From positions 1,024,001-1,088,000 of the forward strand of contig CAVYGN010000001.1 of the NCBI GenBank assembly GCA_963768055.1: 64,000 nucleotides of DNA, read 5' to 3'. Below are positions 8,899 to 17,886 of this stretch, in pieces; the stretch's first letter is position 1, and every line of letters starts with the position of its first letter. The DNA comes from an uncultured Spirochaetota bacterium (GTDB taxonomy: Bacteria > Spirochaetota > Brevinematia > Brevinematales > JAOACQ01). The translations under genes and the position numbers were made by a program. Under the pieces are notes generated by a model. The model was not told the origin of the DNA. It saw only the letters and a list, made by a program, of their open reading frames with translations, and did not search any database.

Positions 8899-10752
8899 TT
8901 GAATCTGTTATCGTTATGTCATACAACGGCGTTATTTGTTAGCTTATGGCTAATTTATTTAATTCTTTTTAAAAACTCAAAAGCCCTGTCAAACTGGGTT
9001 TGTGCATTGTTTATTCTATGCATAGCGGTCTGGAATTTCACTTTTATATTCCTCCAGGGTCCCTCGTCGCATGATACAGCCATGTTCTGGTTGAATATTT
9101 CCGTTATCGGCTGGGGTTCTATTGGCGTTTTATCGCTATGGCTCGGCCTTGTATTATCTAAATGGGATAAAATATTAGAAAAATGGTATTTTTATCTTAT
9201 CATATTTTCAATTCCGATCTTTTTTATATATAAGCAATGGACAGGATACCTTGTCCATGATATCATAAGACAACCCTACGGCTGGTCGCCTTTATGGTCA
9301 GAGTCGATCTGGACCCGGATTTTTTATGCTTATTTATCTTTAATTCCAATAATTACTTTCTTTTTCGGCTATAATGCTATAAAAAAAAGAAATTTGCAGT
9401 TTGAGAAGAAAAGGATTAAATTAACTATTACTTCGGGTTTCATCTTTTTTATTTTTATATCGCTTACAGACATTGTTCTTCCGGGACTTGGCATCTATGG
9501 CATTCCCCCTGTCGGTGCTCTCACAGCGCTTATTATGGCTAGTATAATTATCTACGGAATAAAAAAATATAGATTGATGACCATCACTCCCGCATATGCG
9601 GCCTCCGATATCCTTGCCACAATGAGCGATTCATTGATCCTCATCAGTCCTGACGGCAGCATCATTGAAGTTAACAACGCGGCATTGGACCTTCTTGGTT
9701 ACAAGAGAGAAGAGATTATCGGCAGCCCGGCTACGATATTGTTCCCCGAGGAAATCGTAAAATTTCAGGATAAAAGCGATTTGTCCGACAGACAACAATT
9801 TTTTTTACTTACAAAACAAAGAGAGGAAATACCCGTCAGTTTTTCAGCCTCGACCATGAAAGATAAAACGGGTGAATTATTAGGCATAGTCTATGTAGCC
9901 AGGGATATGCGCGAGATCCTGATGCTTCAGAAAAAGGAGAAGGAGCTTAAAGCCGAAAAAGCATGGACTGAAGCATTGCAGGAAAAAGCCCTGGATTTAC
10001 AGGAAGCGTATGACAAGCTAAGAGAAACTCAAACCCAACTGGTTCATTCGGAGAAGATGGCTGCCGTGGGACAGCTAGCCGGCGGCGTCGCACATGAGAT
10101 CAATAATCCGTTGGGAGTTATACTGGGATTCGCCCAGAGCTTAGTGAAGAGGATAAAAGAGGACGACTACCTTTATAAACCTCTAAAATCGATTGAGCGC
10201 GAAGCTTTGAGGTGCAGGTGGCTTGTGGGCGATTTACTTACATTCTCGAGGGTTGAAAAGACAATGTCTGAAGAAATTGATATTAACCAGGCCATTGACG
10301 AGACATTATCTTTTATAGAGGCGCGTGCAAAGATACAAAACATTACGATCTTCAAGGAATACGGAAAGGGGTTGCCCCGGATATTTGCAAATAAAAATCA
10401 GATACAGCAGGTCGTTGTAAATCTATGCAATAACGCTATCGATGCGATGTCGGATGGAGGGAACTTAAGGCTTTTAACCAGAGAGGAAGGCGATTGCATA
10501 TCGGTTGCTGTTTCGGACACCGGAAAGGGGATTTCCGAAGAAGTAAAGAAACACCTTTTTGAGCCCTTTTTTACCACAAAAGAAATTGGCAAAGGAACCG
10601 GCCTTGGGCTGAGCTTATGTTACGAGATCATTCGAAACCACAACGGTGCAATCGAAGTTAAAAGCGAGATGAATAACGGAACCGTATTCACCATAAAATT
10701 TCCGGCAGGTAGAACCGATAACGATGTGAAACTTTCAGGTTCAGGGAAATAG
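8899..10752 (+). CDS. Sensor histidine kinase, HisKA_7TM-PAS-HisKA-HATPase (NtrB-like)
   Basis: Seven TM N-terminus, PAS, H-box GGVAHEINNPL, N-box NLCNNA, G1 DTGKG, F-box FEPFFTTK, G2 GKGTGLGLS. Confidence 0.93.
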   Translation: MNLLSLCHTTALFVSLWLIYLILFKNSKALSNWVCALFILCIAVWNFTFIFLQGPSSHDTAMFWLNISVIGWGSIGVLSLWLGLVLSKWDKILEKWYFYLIIFSIPIFFIYKQWTGYLVHDIIRQPYGWSPLWSESIWTRIFYAYLSLIPIITFFFGYNAIKKRNLQFEKKRIKLTITSGFIFFIFISLTDIVLPGLGIYGIPPVGALTALIMASIIIYGIKKYRLMTITPAYAASDILATMSDSLILISPDGSIIEVNNAALDLLGYKREEIIGSPATILFPEEIVKFQDKSDLSDRQQFFLLTKQREEIPVSFSASTMKDKTGELLGIVYVARDMREILMLQKKEKELKAEKAWTEALQEKALDLQEAYDKLRETQTQLVHSEKMAAVGQLAGGVAHEINNPLGVILGFAQSLVKRIKEDDYLYKPLKSIEREALRCRWLVGDLLTFSRVEKTMSEEIDINQAIDETLSFIEARAKIQNITIFKEYGKGLPRIFANKNQIQQVVVNLCNNAIDAMSDGGNLRLLTREEGDCISVAVSDTGKGISEEVKKHLFEPFFTTKEIGKGTGLGLSLCYEIIRNHNGAIEVKSEMNNGTVFTIKFPAGRTDNDVKLSGSGK

Positions 10753-10761
10753 TAATTTGAT

Positions 10762-12597
10762 ATGATAAACCTTTTAAACATAGCCTATTATTTTTCTTTT
10801 CTTATATGTGTTTGGCTTATCTTTTTTATTATCTCAAAAAATCCGAAAGGCTTGGCAAATAAAGTTTGTGCCATGCTTATTTTATGTTTTGCGATCTGGA
10901 ATTTTTCGGTTTTGTTTTTGCAAAATTCGAAGTCCGGGAATGAAGCAATGTTATGGAAAAATATTTCTTCATTTGGATGGTGCGGTTTCGCCGGCTTCGC
11001 AATCTGGCTTTCATATATTATAACATGGAAGGATATCGGAAAGAAAATTATAAAATGGCACTTTTACCCCCTTATCTTCATATTTCCTGCTTTCTTTATT
11101 TTTATGCAATGGAACGGTTATCTGGTTGTTAACTTTACGAAACATGCATATGGGTGGGTATATGAATGGTCTACATCAATCTGGCCCATGCTTTTTTTTG
11201 TGTACTATTTTTCGTTTATTATCCTTGCGTTGGCTTTTGCTTATTTGTCTATAAATAAAAGAATTTATAATTTTGAAAAAAAAAGAAAGAGATTAATTAT
11301 TATTTCAGCATCGATTTTTCTTATTGCCGCTTCTACTACCGAAATTGTTCTGCCGCTATTAAAAGTTTACATCGTTCCACCGATAGGCTCAATCTTTTCA
11401 GTCATTCTGGCTGCGGCTTTTGTATACTCGATAAACAAATACAAATTTTTGTCACTTAATCCGGCATATGCCGCATCCGACATAATTTCAAACATGAGCG
11501 ATTCTTTAATCCTTATTGACAGTGAAAGCAAAATCATTGAAGCAAACAACGCCCTATTGAATATGCTCGGATATTCAAGTTATGAACTTATCGGCAGCGG
11601 GGCTGAAAAATTATTTATGGGGCAAAGGCCGGCGAATGCCGCCGTTAAATGGGAACTTTTATTTAAAAAAGAATCTTTCAAAAATATAAAAATTGTATTT
11701 AGAACTAAAGACGGCGATGATATTCCTATAAGTTTTTCGGGCTCGGCTATGAAAGATAATGAAGGTAATTATATAGGGATAGTTTGTATAGGCAGGGATA
11801 TGAGGGAGATATATCGGCTGCAGGAAAGGGAACAGGAACTTGTGGCTGAAAAGGCCCGTACAGAAGCATTTCAGGAAAGGGCCCGGGAATTACAAAAAGC
11901 ATATGACAGTTTAAAGACAGCTCAAACTCAGCTCATACAATCCGAGAAAATGGCTGCTGTAGGGAGGCTGGCCGGCGGTGTGGCTCATGAAATCAACAAT
12001 CCATTGGGAGTCATACTTGGGTTTGCCCAGAGCATAATAAAAAGAATAAAAGAGGACGATCCGCTTTATATACCTTTAAAATCGATTGAGAGAGAGGTGA
12101 TCAGATGCAGGAAAATGATTGTTGATTTATTAAAATTTTCCAGGACAGAAAATACTATGGCCGAAGATATTAATTTAAACAGGACAATTGAAGAGACATT
12201 ATCTTTTGTCGGGTCCCGCGCCAAAGTAATGGGAATTGATATTATCAAAGAATTTCAGGATGATCTGCCTCTGATAAGGGCCAATAACAACCAGATTCAG
12301 CAGTTAATAGTTAACCTATGCAACAATGCAATAGAATCTATGCCTGAAGGCGGTAAAATAAAGATAACTACAGGAAGGATTGGCAATAGCCTGGAGTTTT
12401 CGATAAGCGACACAGGTATAGGTATGAGTGAGGAAAATAAAATGCATATATTCGAACCCTTCTATGCCACAACAGGTTTAAGCGTATGCCGGGAGATTAT
12501 CAATAAACATAATGGAACTATTGAAGTTGAAAGTGTATTAAATAACGGGACTTTATATAAAATAAACTTACCTTTAGATGCGTGCTTTAATAAATAA
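10762..12597 (+). CDS. Tandem paralogous 7TM-PAS histidine kinase with a truncated G2 box
   Basis: Same architecture and identical H-box, but the F/G2 region reads FEPFYATTGLS. Confidence 0.9.
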   Translation: MINLLNIAYYFSFLICVWLIFFIISKNPKGLANKVCAMLILCFAIWNFSVLFLQNSKSGNEAMLWKNISSFGWCGFAGFAIWLSYIITWKDIGKKIIKWHFYPLIFIFPAFFIFMQWNGYLVVNFTKHAYGWVYEWSTSIWPMLFFVYYFSFIILALAFAYLSINKRIYNFEKKRKRLIIISASIFLIAASTTEIVLPLLKVYIVPPIGSIFSVILAAAFVYSINKYKFLSLNPAYAASDIISNMSDSLILIDSESKIIEANNALLNMLGYSSYELIGSGAEKLFMGQRPANAAVKWELLFKKESFKNIKIVFRTKDGDDIPISFSGSAMKDNEGNYIGIVCIGRDMREIYRLQEREQELVAEKARTEAFQERARELQKAYDSLKTAQTQLIQSEKMAAVGRLAGGVAHEINNPLGVILGFAQSIIKRIKEDDPLYIPLKSIEREVIRCRKMIVDLLKFSRTENTMAEDINLNRTIEETLSFVGSRAKVMGIDIIKEFQDDLPLIRANNNQIQQLIVNLCNNAIESMPEGGKIKITTGRIGNSLEFSISDTGIGMSEENKMHIFEPFYATTGLSVCREIINKHNGTIEVESVLNNGTLYKINLPLDACFNK

Positions 12598-12604
12598 CTT
12601 TATA

Positions 12605-14656
12605 TTACTGGCTCTTAAGCTGTCCGTTAAGCCATTTTTCTTTGTTGGCGGTTTCTGTCAGGACCTGGTTCATTTTGCCGTATTTTTCTCTAAGGTCCTG
12701 TTCGTATGTAACAAGATCCCTGTTCATTTTTTCTATTTCTTTCTGCTCATCGCCGATTTTCCTGTTGTTAAACACTATCCTCTCATCGAAGAAGCTTCCC
12801 GTCCCTATGCTGAGACGGAGGGTCTGGTTGACCGATACCGCTGCGCCCGAATCTTTGACCATGTCGCCATGGGTATCATAAGCGAAAAGCTGTTCGACGC
12901 CGTCGAATCTGCTTTTTAAGGCGTTGCGGAATTTCTCAAGTTCTATATTCAAAAGACCCATCTTCGTGGAATTCCATTCTTCTGAATTTACGCTGAAAGT
13001 ACCGTTCTTTTTTGTATAGATTCCTATCTGTTCAAGAAGCGAAAGCTCCCTTGTGTAGACTGTTTTATAAGGAGCGGCAGGGATAGTCCTGAGTCTGTTC
13101 ATGAGTATAATAACCGGACTTTCGGTTTGGAAAGCACCGATTTTAAGATTATCCGGGCTCCTCTGACTTAGCGGGGTATGGTCGAGACTGGGTGTCGTTA
13201 CAATATGAAGATATTCCATGGATTTATTATAGCTGTCGATCCATGCCAATAGAGCGTCTTCGATCTTTTTATAGTCATGGTCTATAGAGGCCGTTACCTG
13301 TTCCTTTGATTCCGATTTAAGGTTTAGGGTCACTCCGTCGACTAGGTTGTCGATGATGTTCTTATCCCTTTTAACTTCAACGCCGTCAAAATTGATAATG
13401 GAATCGCTGGCCTTGCTGATAACGTTTTTAGGCTGAATACCGCCCTCGGATATTTTAGTGACAAGGCGGGCGTCCGAGATCATGAATTCCCTGTCGGTGT
13501 TTTTATTTCTTACGGTAACCTTATCTATTGTTTTGTCTTTATATGTAGCAAGCGAATTGCTGAAATTTCCAGTATTATCGATATAATAACTTTTGACGGT
13601 TCCGTCGTCGAAAGATAGAGTCAGGATTTCAGTGAAATTAGATACGGTTTCCGGCGGAATTTTCTTTTCCTCGTAATAGGTTATGAGGCTTCCTCCCGAA
13701 ACTGTTACATTGGAAACCGATACCGGTTCCATTAAATTTATATCGACGTTTGTAGCATTGATATTGGATTCCTTGGATACCGGGTTGTAAGGGCTCATTG
13801 AGGCGTTAAAATAGAAAATGGAACCTTCGGTTATTTTGATATTATCCTGGGACAGGTTTACTTCGCCTTCGTCGCCGGGCAGGAGGCGAACCCTGTTGGA
13901 ATCGGATGTAATAGGGTTTGCAGACCTGGCAGTCAGCTTGCTGAAATCTATATTTTTTTCATCGGTTTTAGCCTCGCCCTCACCCAAAAGGTTTATTTCC
14001 TTGAGGGCGGAAATATCACCGCTAAATTTAAGCTTATTCTTTTCCCCTGTCTCTTTACCGCTTATTACCAGGATTGACGATGCGTCGGTGTCGTTAATTA
14101 TACGGACCTCGATGGCGTCCTGGGCCTGCTGCTGCAGGGCGTCCGCGAGCTGGTAAATGGTCCCGCCGGCGAATTTAAATTTTAAGATTTTACCGCTTAT
14201 AGTTATGGTGAATTCGCAAGGCGGAAGGGTCTTGTCCTTCGGGAATGAAGAACTCTTAAAAGAATCCGGCTTGGCAATTTGAAGAACTGTTATTTTGTAA
14301 GTATCTTTTTTAGCCTTTCTTTCAGCGGAGACATCGAGAACAGCGGGGTCTGAAGAACTGCCGACCATTTCCCTGAAAGGGGTTTTAAAGTCATACAGTG
14401 CCCTAGATTTCTCATCCAGGTCTCTCAAATATTTAGTAAGGTCTTTTACTATATCGTTTTCAAGCTTGTAATCCTGAATTTCAGTTTCTTTTTTTTGTAT
14501 GGGAATCTTCTTTATCAAAAGGAATTTCTGTATCGTATCTTCTGTATTTATCTGATTATTTCCGGGAATATTGAAGTGCACCTGGTTATTGGCATCCTGT
14601 GAAAACGCCGCCGCGTAAAACCCCGCCAGGATTAAAAATATTATAGATACTCTCAT
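12605..14656 (-). CDS. fliD: Flagellar filament cap protein FliD with an N-terminal signal-peptide-like extension
   Basis: FNIPG..NTEDTIQK..KIP N-terminus, SSSDPAVL, YKITVLQIAK, DGVEVKRDKNIIDNLVDGVTLNLK, WIDSYN, C-terminal coiled coil LREKYGKM. AGAGGGGA RBS. Confidence 0.88.
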   Translation of the reverse strand: MRVSIIFLILAGFYAAAFSQDANNQVHFNIPGNNQINTEDTIQKFLLIKKIPIQKKETEIQDYKLENDIVKDLTKYLRDLDEKSRALYDFKTPFREMVGSSSDPAVLDVSAERKAKKDTYKITVLQIAKPDSFKSSSFPKDKTLPPCEFTITISGKILKFKFAGGTIYQLADALQQQAQDAIEVRIINDTDASSILVISGKETGEKNKLKFSGDISALKEINLLGEGEAKTDEKNIDFSKLTARSANPITSDSNRVRLLPGDEGEVNLSQDNIKITEGSIFYFNASMSPYNPVSKESNINATNVDINLMEPVSVSNVTVSGGSLITYYEEKKIPPETVSNFTEILTLSFDDGTVKSYYIDNTGNFSNSLATYKDKTIDKVTVRNKNTDREFMISDARLVTKISEGGIQPKNVISKASDSIINFDGVEVKRDKNIIDNLVDGVTLNLKSESKEQVTASIDHDYKKIEDALLAWIDSYNKSMEYLHIVTTPSLDHTPLSQRSPDNLKIGAFQTESPVIILMNRLRTIPAAPYKTVYTRELSLLEQIGIYTKKNGTFSVNSEEWNSTKMGLLNIELEKFRNALKSRFDGVEQLFAYDTHGDMVKDSGAAVSVNQTLRLSIGTGSFFDERIVFNNRKIGDEQKEIEKMNRDLVTYEQDLREKYGKMNQVLTETANKEKWLNGQLKSQ

Positions 14657-14745
14657 AGAATATCCCCTCTTATATTATACTGTAAATCTATACATATATC
14701 GGAATTTTTACAAATATAAGAAGTTTGCGATAATCCCAGCCCCGT

Positions 14746-15912
14746 TTAAGCTTTCTTCGCGGCCTTTCCCGGCCTGTTCGTGATAACGATAATTGTTACT
14801 GCTATGGAGGCGGCTACGACAATAGCAAGGGCTATTACACTATGTGCTAACATAGAAACAATAATCGTGATTATCGAAAGGGGCAAAGCTATGAGAAAAG
14901 CTATCCCTCCGATCAGGAACCTGCTGACAGTTCCGATTACCGATACTATATCGAGCAGGACGCTGATAGGTTCAAAAACCAGGAAAATTCCAAGCCACAT
15001 CATTATAAAACCTGTAAGCCTTAATATCCAGCCGAGTGTTGAAAACTCACTATGAAGTGTCTGGATGGCCGCCTGCCTGTCAGAATTAAATATCCTGTAT
15101 AATTTTCCGAAAAGCTTGTCGACAATCCTTTTATTGCCGACGGAAAAAGGTTTGAGGGTAATATTTTCAGGATCGATGCTGCCGAACGCCGTTCCAGTAA
15201 ATCCTGATTTTAAGACCCGGTAACTTACCCGTAAATCGCCAAGGCGGGGTGTATCTATGCCGCCTTTGCCATTGTAAATATAATCTCCGGAAATTTCATT
15301 TCGGCCGCTGCCGATATTTACTTTCAAATTTACAAGCTCCGGTGAAATAGGTGAAATCGATTCTTCGGCGGGCAGGTCAAGTCCGGCCGTAGGGATTTTA
15401 TATAATCCCATTTTTATCTCGTTTACTCTTTTTGTGGCGCTTTTTATTTCCATTTCAGGATTTTCATGTCCGGACTTATGAAAGGACTTTCCGGGCTCAT
15501 CTGTCCACTCTTTTGCATATGAATAAGTCGTTACGGTAGTTGAACCGCCGCCTACGGCGTCTTTATGGGTTTCACTGCGCCTGTGTTCAACCCATGCGTA
15601 CATTTCGGCTTTTCTAAAGACTTCCAGGTATTTCCCGTTCTTAAGGAATAAGCCGTCTCCGATTGTTTCACTGGAATTGACTACTCCGTTTAGAGATACG
15701 ATCTGGCCGTTGGTAACATTAGCGGGCCTGGAATTAATATCCATTACGGCAGACAACCGGGCATATTTTGAAAGGTCGACCCTTCCCTCGTTCAGAAAGA
15801 GGACCGCAAATGAACCGAAAAATAAAACTATCCCGACCAATACTCCGATCAGGGAATTGCCAATTCTGCCTCCAAAACCCTGTGACGTTACTTCTGAAAA
15901 TTCATCGGCCAT
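14746..15912 (-). CDS. TMEM43/DUF1625-family membrane protein
   Basis: LFLNEGR, RKAEMYAWVE, YSYAKEW, GHENP, PRLGDLRVSY and WILRLTGFIMMWLG motifs. Confidence 0.85.
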   Translation of the reverse strand: MADEFSEVTSQGFGGRIGNSLIGVLVGIVLFFGSFAVLFLNEGRVDLSKYARLSAVMDINSRPANVTNGQIVSLNGVVNSSETIGDGLFLKNGKYLEVFRKAEMYAWVEHRRSETHKDAVGGGSTTVTTYSYAKEWTDEPGKSFHKSGHENPEMEIKSATKRVNEIKMGLYKIPTAGLDLPAEESISPISPELVNLKVNIGSGRNEISGDYIYNGKGGIDTPRLGDLRVSYRVLKSGFTGTAFGSIDPENITLKPFSVGNKRIVDKLFGKLYRIFNSDRQAAIQTLHSEFSTLGWILRLTGFIMMWLGIFLVFEPISVLLDIVSVIGTVSRFLIGGIAFLIALPLSIITIIVSMLAHSVIALAIVVAASIAVTIIVITNRPGKAAKKA

Positions 15913-16054
15913 GGAGTACCTCCCAAATTTTTATTTAAATCTGTAATCCGATAAATTGTATTTAAATTTATTAAAAACGACAAATATTTTCCTGATATTT
16001 TTAAAATTGTTCAGGTCGCATCTACCTTTCGGGTACCGGCTTGTCCGGTAAAAA

Positions 16055-16133
16055 GGCAGTTATTAGAAGTGCCCTTAATATTAAACAGTAAATTTTTAAT
16101 ACGGGGCTTGTTCTTGAATTATTGAAAGTGCCC
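16055..16133 (+). repeat. Two orphan right ends (TIRs) of the MITE family seen at 47399 and 51397
   Basis: GGCAGTTATTAGAAGTGCCC (16055-16074) is identical to 47528-47547 and is followed by TTAA. A degenerate copy AATTATTGAAAGTGCCC lies at 16117-16133. Confidence 0.75.
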
Positions 16134-16184
16134 TTTATAATTATAATATTATTCGGCCGTCTCTGGACTGCGGAGGGGGATTTT

Positions 16185-16322
16185 ATGAATATAACGAATC
16201 TGACAAATGCATCTTCAGTCCTGGCTAAAAGTAAAAGCAATGCTTTGGAAACGCTTTTAATTATTTCAGTATTTCTGTTAGTAGTGCTTTTATTGATCTC
16301 ATTCAATAGAAGGCTTAAATAA
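16185..16322 (+). CDS. Putative 45-aa single-pass membrane microprotein
   Basis: Strong GGAGGGGG RBS; MNITNLTNASSVLAKSKSNALETLLIISVFLLVVLLLISFNRRLK; TATAAT upstream. Confidence 0.5.
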   Translation: MNITNLTNASSVLAKSKSNALETLLIISVFLLVVLLLISFNRRLK

Positions 16323-16422
16323 ATGAATCAAAATTTCATTATTGGTGTACTCTAACTGCCCGCGGTAATTTTCCGTTATTTAAGGTTTAATGTATAATTA
16401 TCACTAAAAAAAGGAGAATACT

Positions 16423-16827
16423 ATGATCGACAGGATGAATGATGAAATGGTTAGGGCCGTAATTGAAACGGTCCCGGTTGAAATAACTGTTATCGACGCA
16501 AACGATGAAGTTGCCGGCTGGAACCAGCATGATACGAGGCTGTTTTTCAGGCCTATGACGTCGTTAGGCCTTAATTTCCGGGAATGCCATCCGAAGGAAA
16601 GTCTTTCCAAGGTAGAAGCCATAGTCAGTGAAATGAGATCGGGCAAAAGGGACAGGGCTCGCTTCTGGATAGATCTGACTGTAAAAAAGGGTGAAAAGAA
16701 ACACAAGGTTTTAATCGAATTTTTCGCTCTGCGTGACGGCAGCGGAAAATATCTCGGGTGCATGGAATGTACGAGGGACGTGGATGATATTTTGTCCCTC
16801 GAAGGGGAAAAGAGACTTTTGGATTGA
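16423..16827 (+). CDS. Stand-alone PAS-domain protein (PAS_10-like)
   Basis: ETVPVEITVIDANDEV...RECHPKES...FFALRDGSGKYLGCMECTRDV; AAGGAG RBS. Confidence 0.85.
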   Translation: MIDRMNDEMVRAVIETVPVEITVIDANDEVAGWNQHDTRLFFRPMTSLGLNFRECHPKESLSKVEAIVSEMRSGKRDRARFWIDLTVKKGEKKHKVLIEFFALRDGSGKYLGCMECTRDVDDILSLEGEKRLLD

Positions 16828-16909
16828 TACGGTCTGCTTGTCCCCAGGCGAAAAACTTCGATCAAAAAGCTCAGTCCTATCCCAACCAAATTTAAGACAA
16901 TAAGAGATC

Positions 16910-17878
16910 TCATATTGATTGAGTCGCCCCGCAATAATAATGGAAGGCCGCTCCTGAATAACTTAAATGAAAGCCTGCATCTTCCGCTGCTTCTATCAAC
17001 CCGGCATTTTCGGCGTCAAGCCAGAGATCGAGAAGGCAATAGTCATTGAGCCTGGTTTTGATGTCATTGAGCATTTCGGCTTCAATACCCTTTTCTTTAT
17101 ATTTATTTAGGACAATTACGTCAAGGATCTTATAGGCAGTTTTATCCGTCATCAGCGTTTTTCTGCAGATATCATCATTTATGATGTTGATAAATCCTGC
17201 CGGATCTTTACCCTGCCAGTAGATAAAGCATTTTGACTTACCTTTATATAAGCTTCTGCGAGCGTTGTCGATAAGGTATTCAAGCAGGCCTCCCCTGTCT
17301 GAATTTCTTTCTTTTAATAACGAGACTGGCCTTGACAGGTTTTGAAGGAATATTTCGATTTCAGGGCCATCGGGAGGAGCGATATGTTCGCTTAATGTCC
17401 CGGCCCGGCCGTTGCCTTGATAATACCTGAAAATATGCCAGCCCATTCTGAAACGGAATCCGCTCGATTCATAGATCTGGATTGCCGGGTAATTATAAAG
17501 ATCGGTACCGACGGTTATAATCTCCGCGTTAATTCCGCAAAGTCTCTCAAGTGCTATAGTTACAAGATGCCTGCCTATACCTTGGCCCCTGTGGCTCGGG
17601 TGTACTGCAAGAAGAAGAATGCTCCCTGTTTTTTTCCCTGCAGCAATTGAGAGCGGAAGATTCATGCAGTAAGTGATAAATCCGATTACCTCGTTGTTTT
17701 CTTCAGCTACGAAGGATGAGGAAGTTGGGGAGAGGAGCATATCGTATGCGAAAGCCGGGTATGTGGTATCGGTGATGCTCGTCAAGTGCTTGTCGAACGA
17801 ATAGGGGGAAGTATCGAAAAGGCGTGATAATTCTATCAGTTCAGGTATATCTCCGTTTACGGAATCCCTATAAATCAT
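16910..17878 (-). CDS. GNAT-family acetyltransferase (tandem GNAT fold)
   Basis: LAVHPSHRGQGIGRHL acetyl-CoA motif and NYPAIQIYESSGF; a second, degenerate GNAT half follows. Confidence 0.85.
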   Translation of the reverse strand: MIYRDSVNGDIPELIELSRLFDTSPYSFDKHLTSITDTTYPAFAYDMLLSPTSSSFVAEENNEVIGFITYCMNLPLSIAAGKKTGSILLLAVHPSHRGQGIGRHLVTIALERLCGINAEIITVGTDLYNYPAIQIYESSGFRFRMGWHIFRYYQGNGRAGTLSEHIAPPDGPEIEIFLQNLSRPVSLLKERNSDRGGLLEYLIDNARRSLYKGKSKCFIYWQGKDPAGFINIINDDICRKTLMTDKTAYKILDVIVLNKYKEKGIEAEMLNDIKTRLNDYCLLDLWLDAENAGLIEAAEDAGFHLSYSGAAFHYYCGATQSI

Positions 17879-17886
17879 TTAAATAA

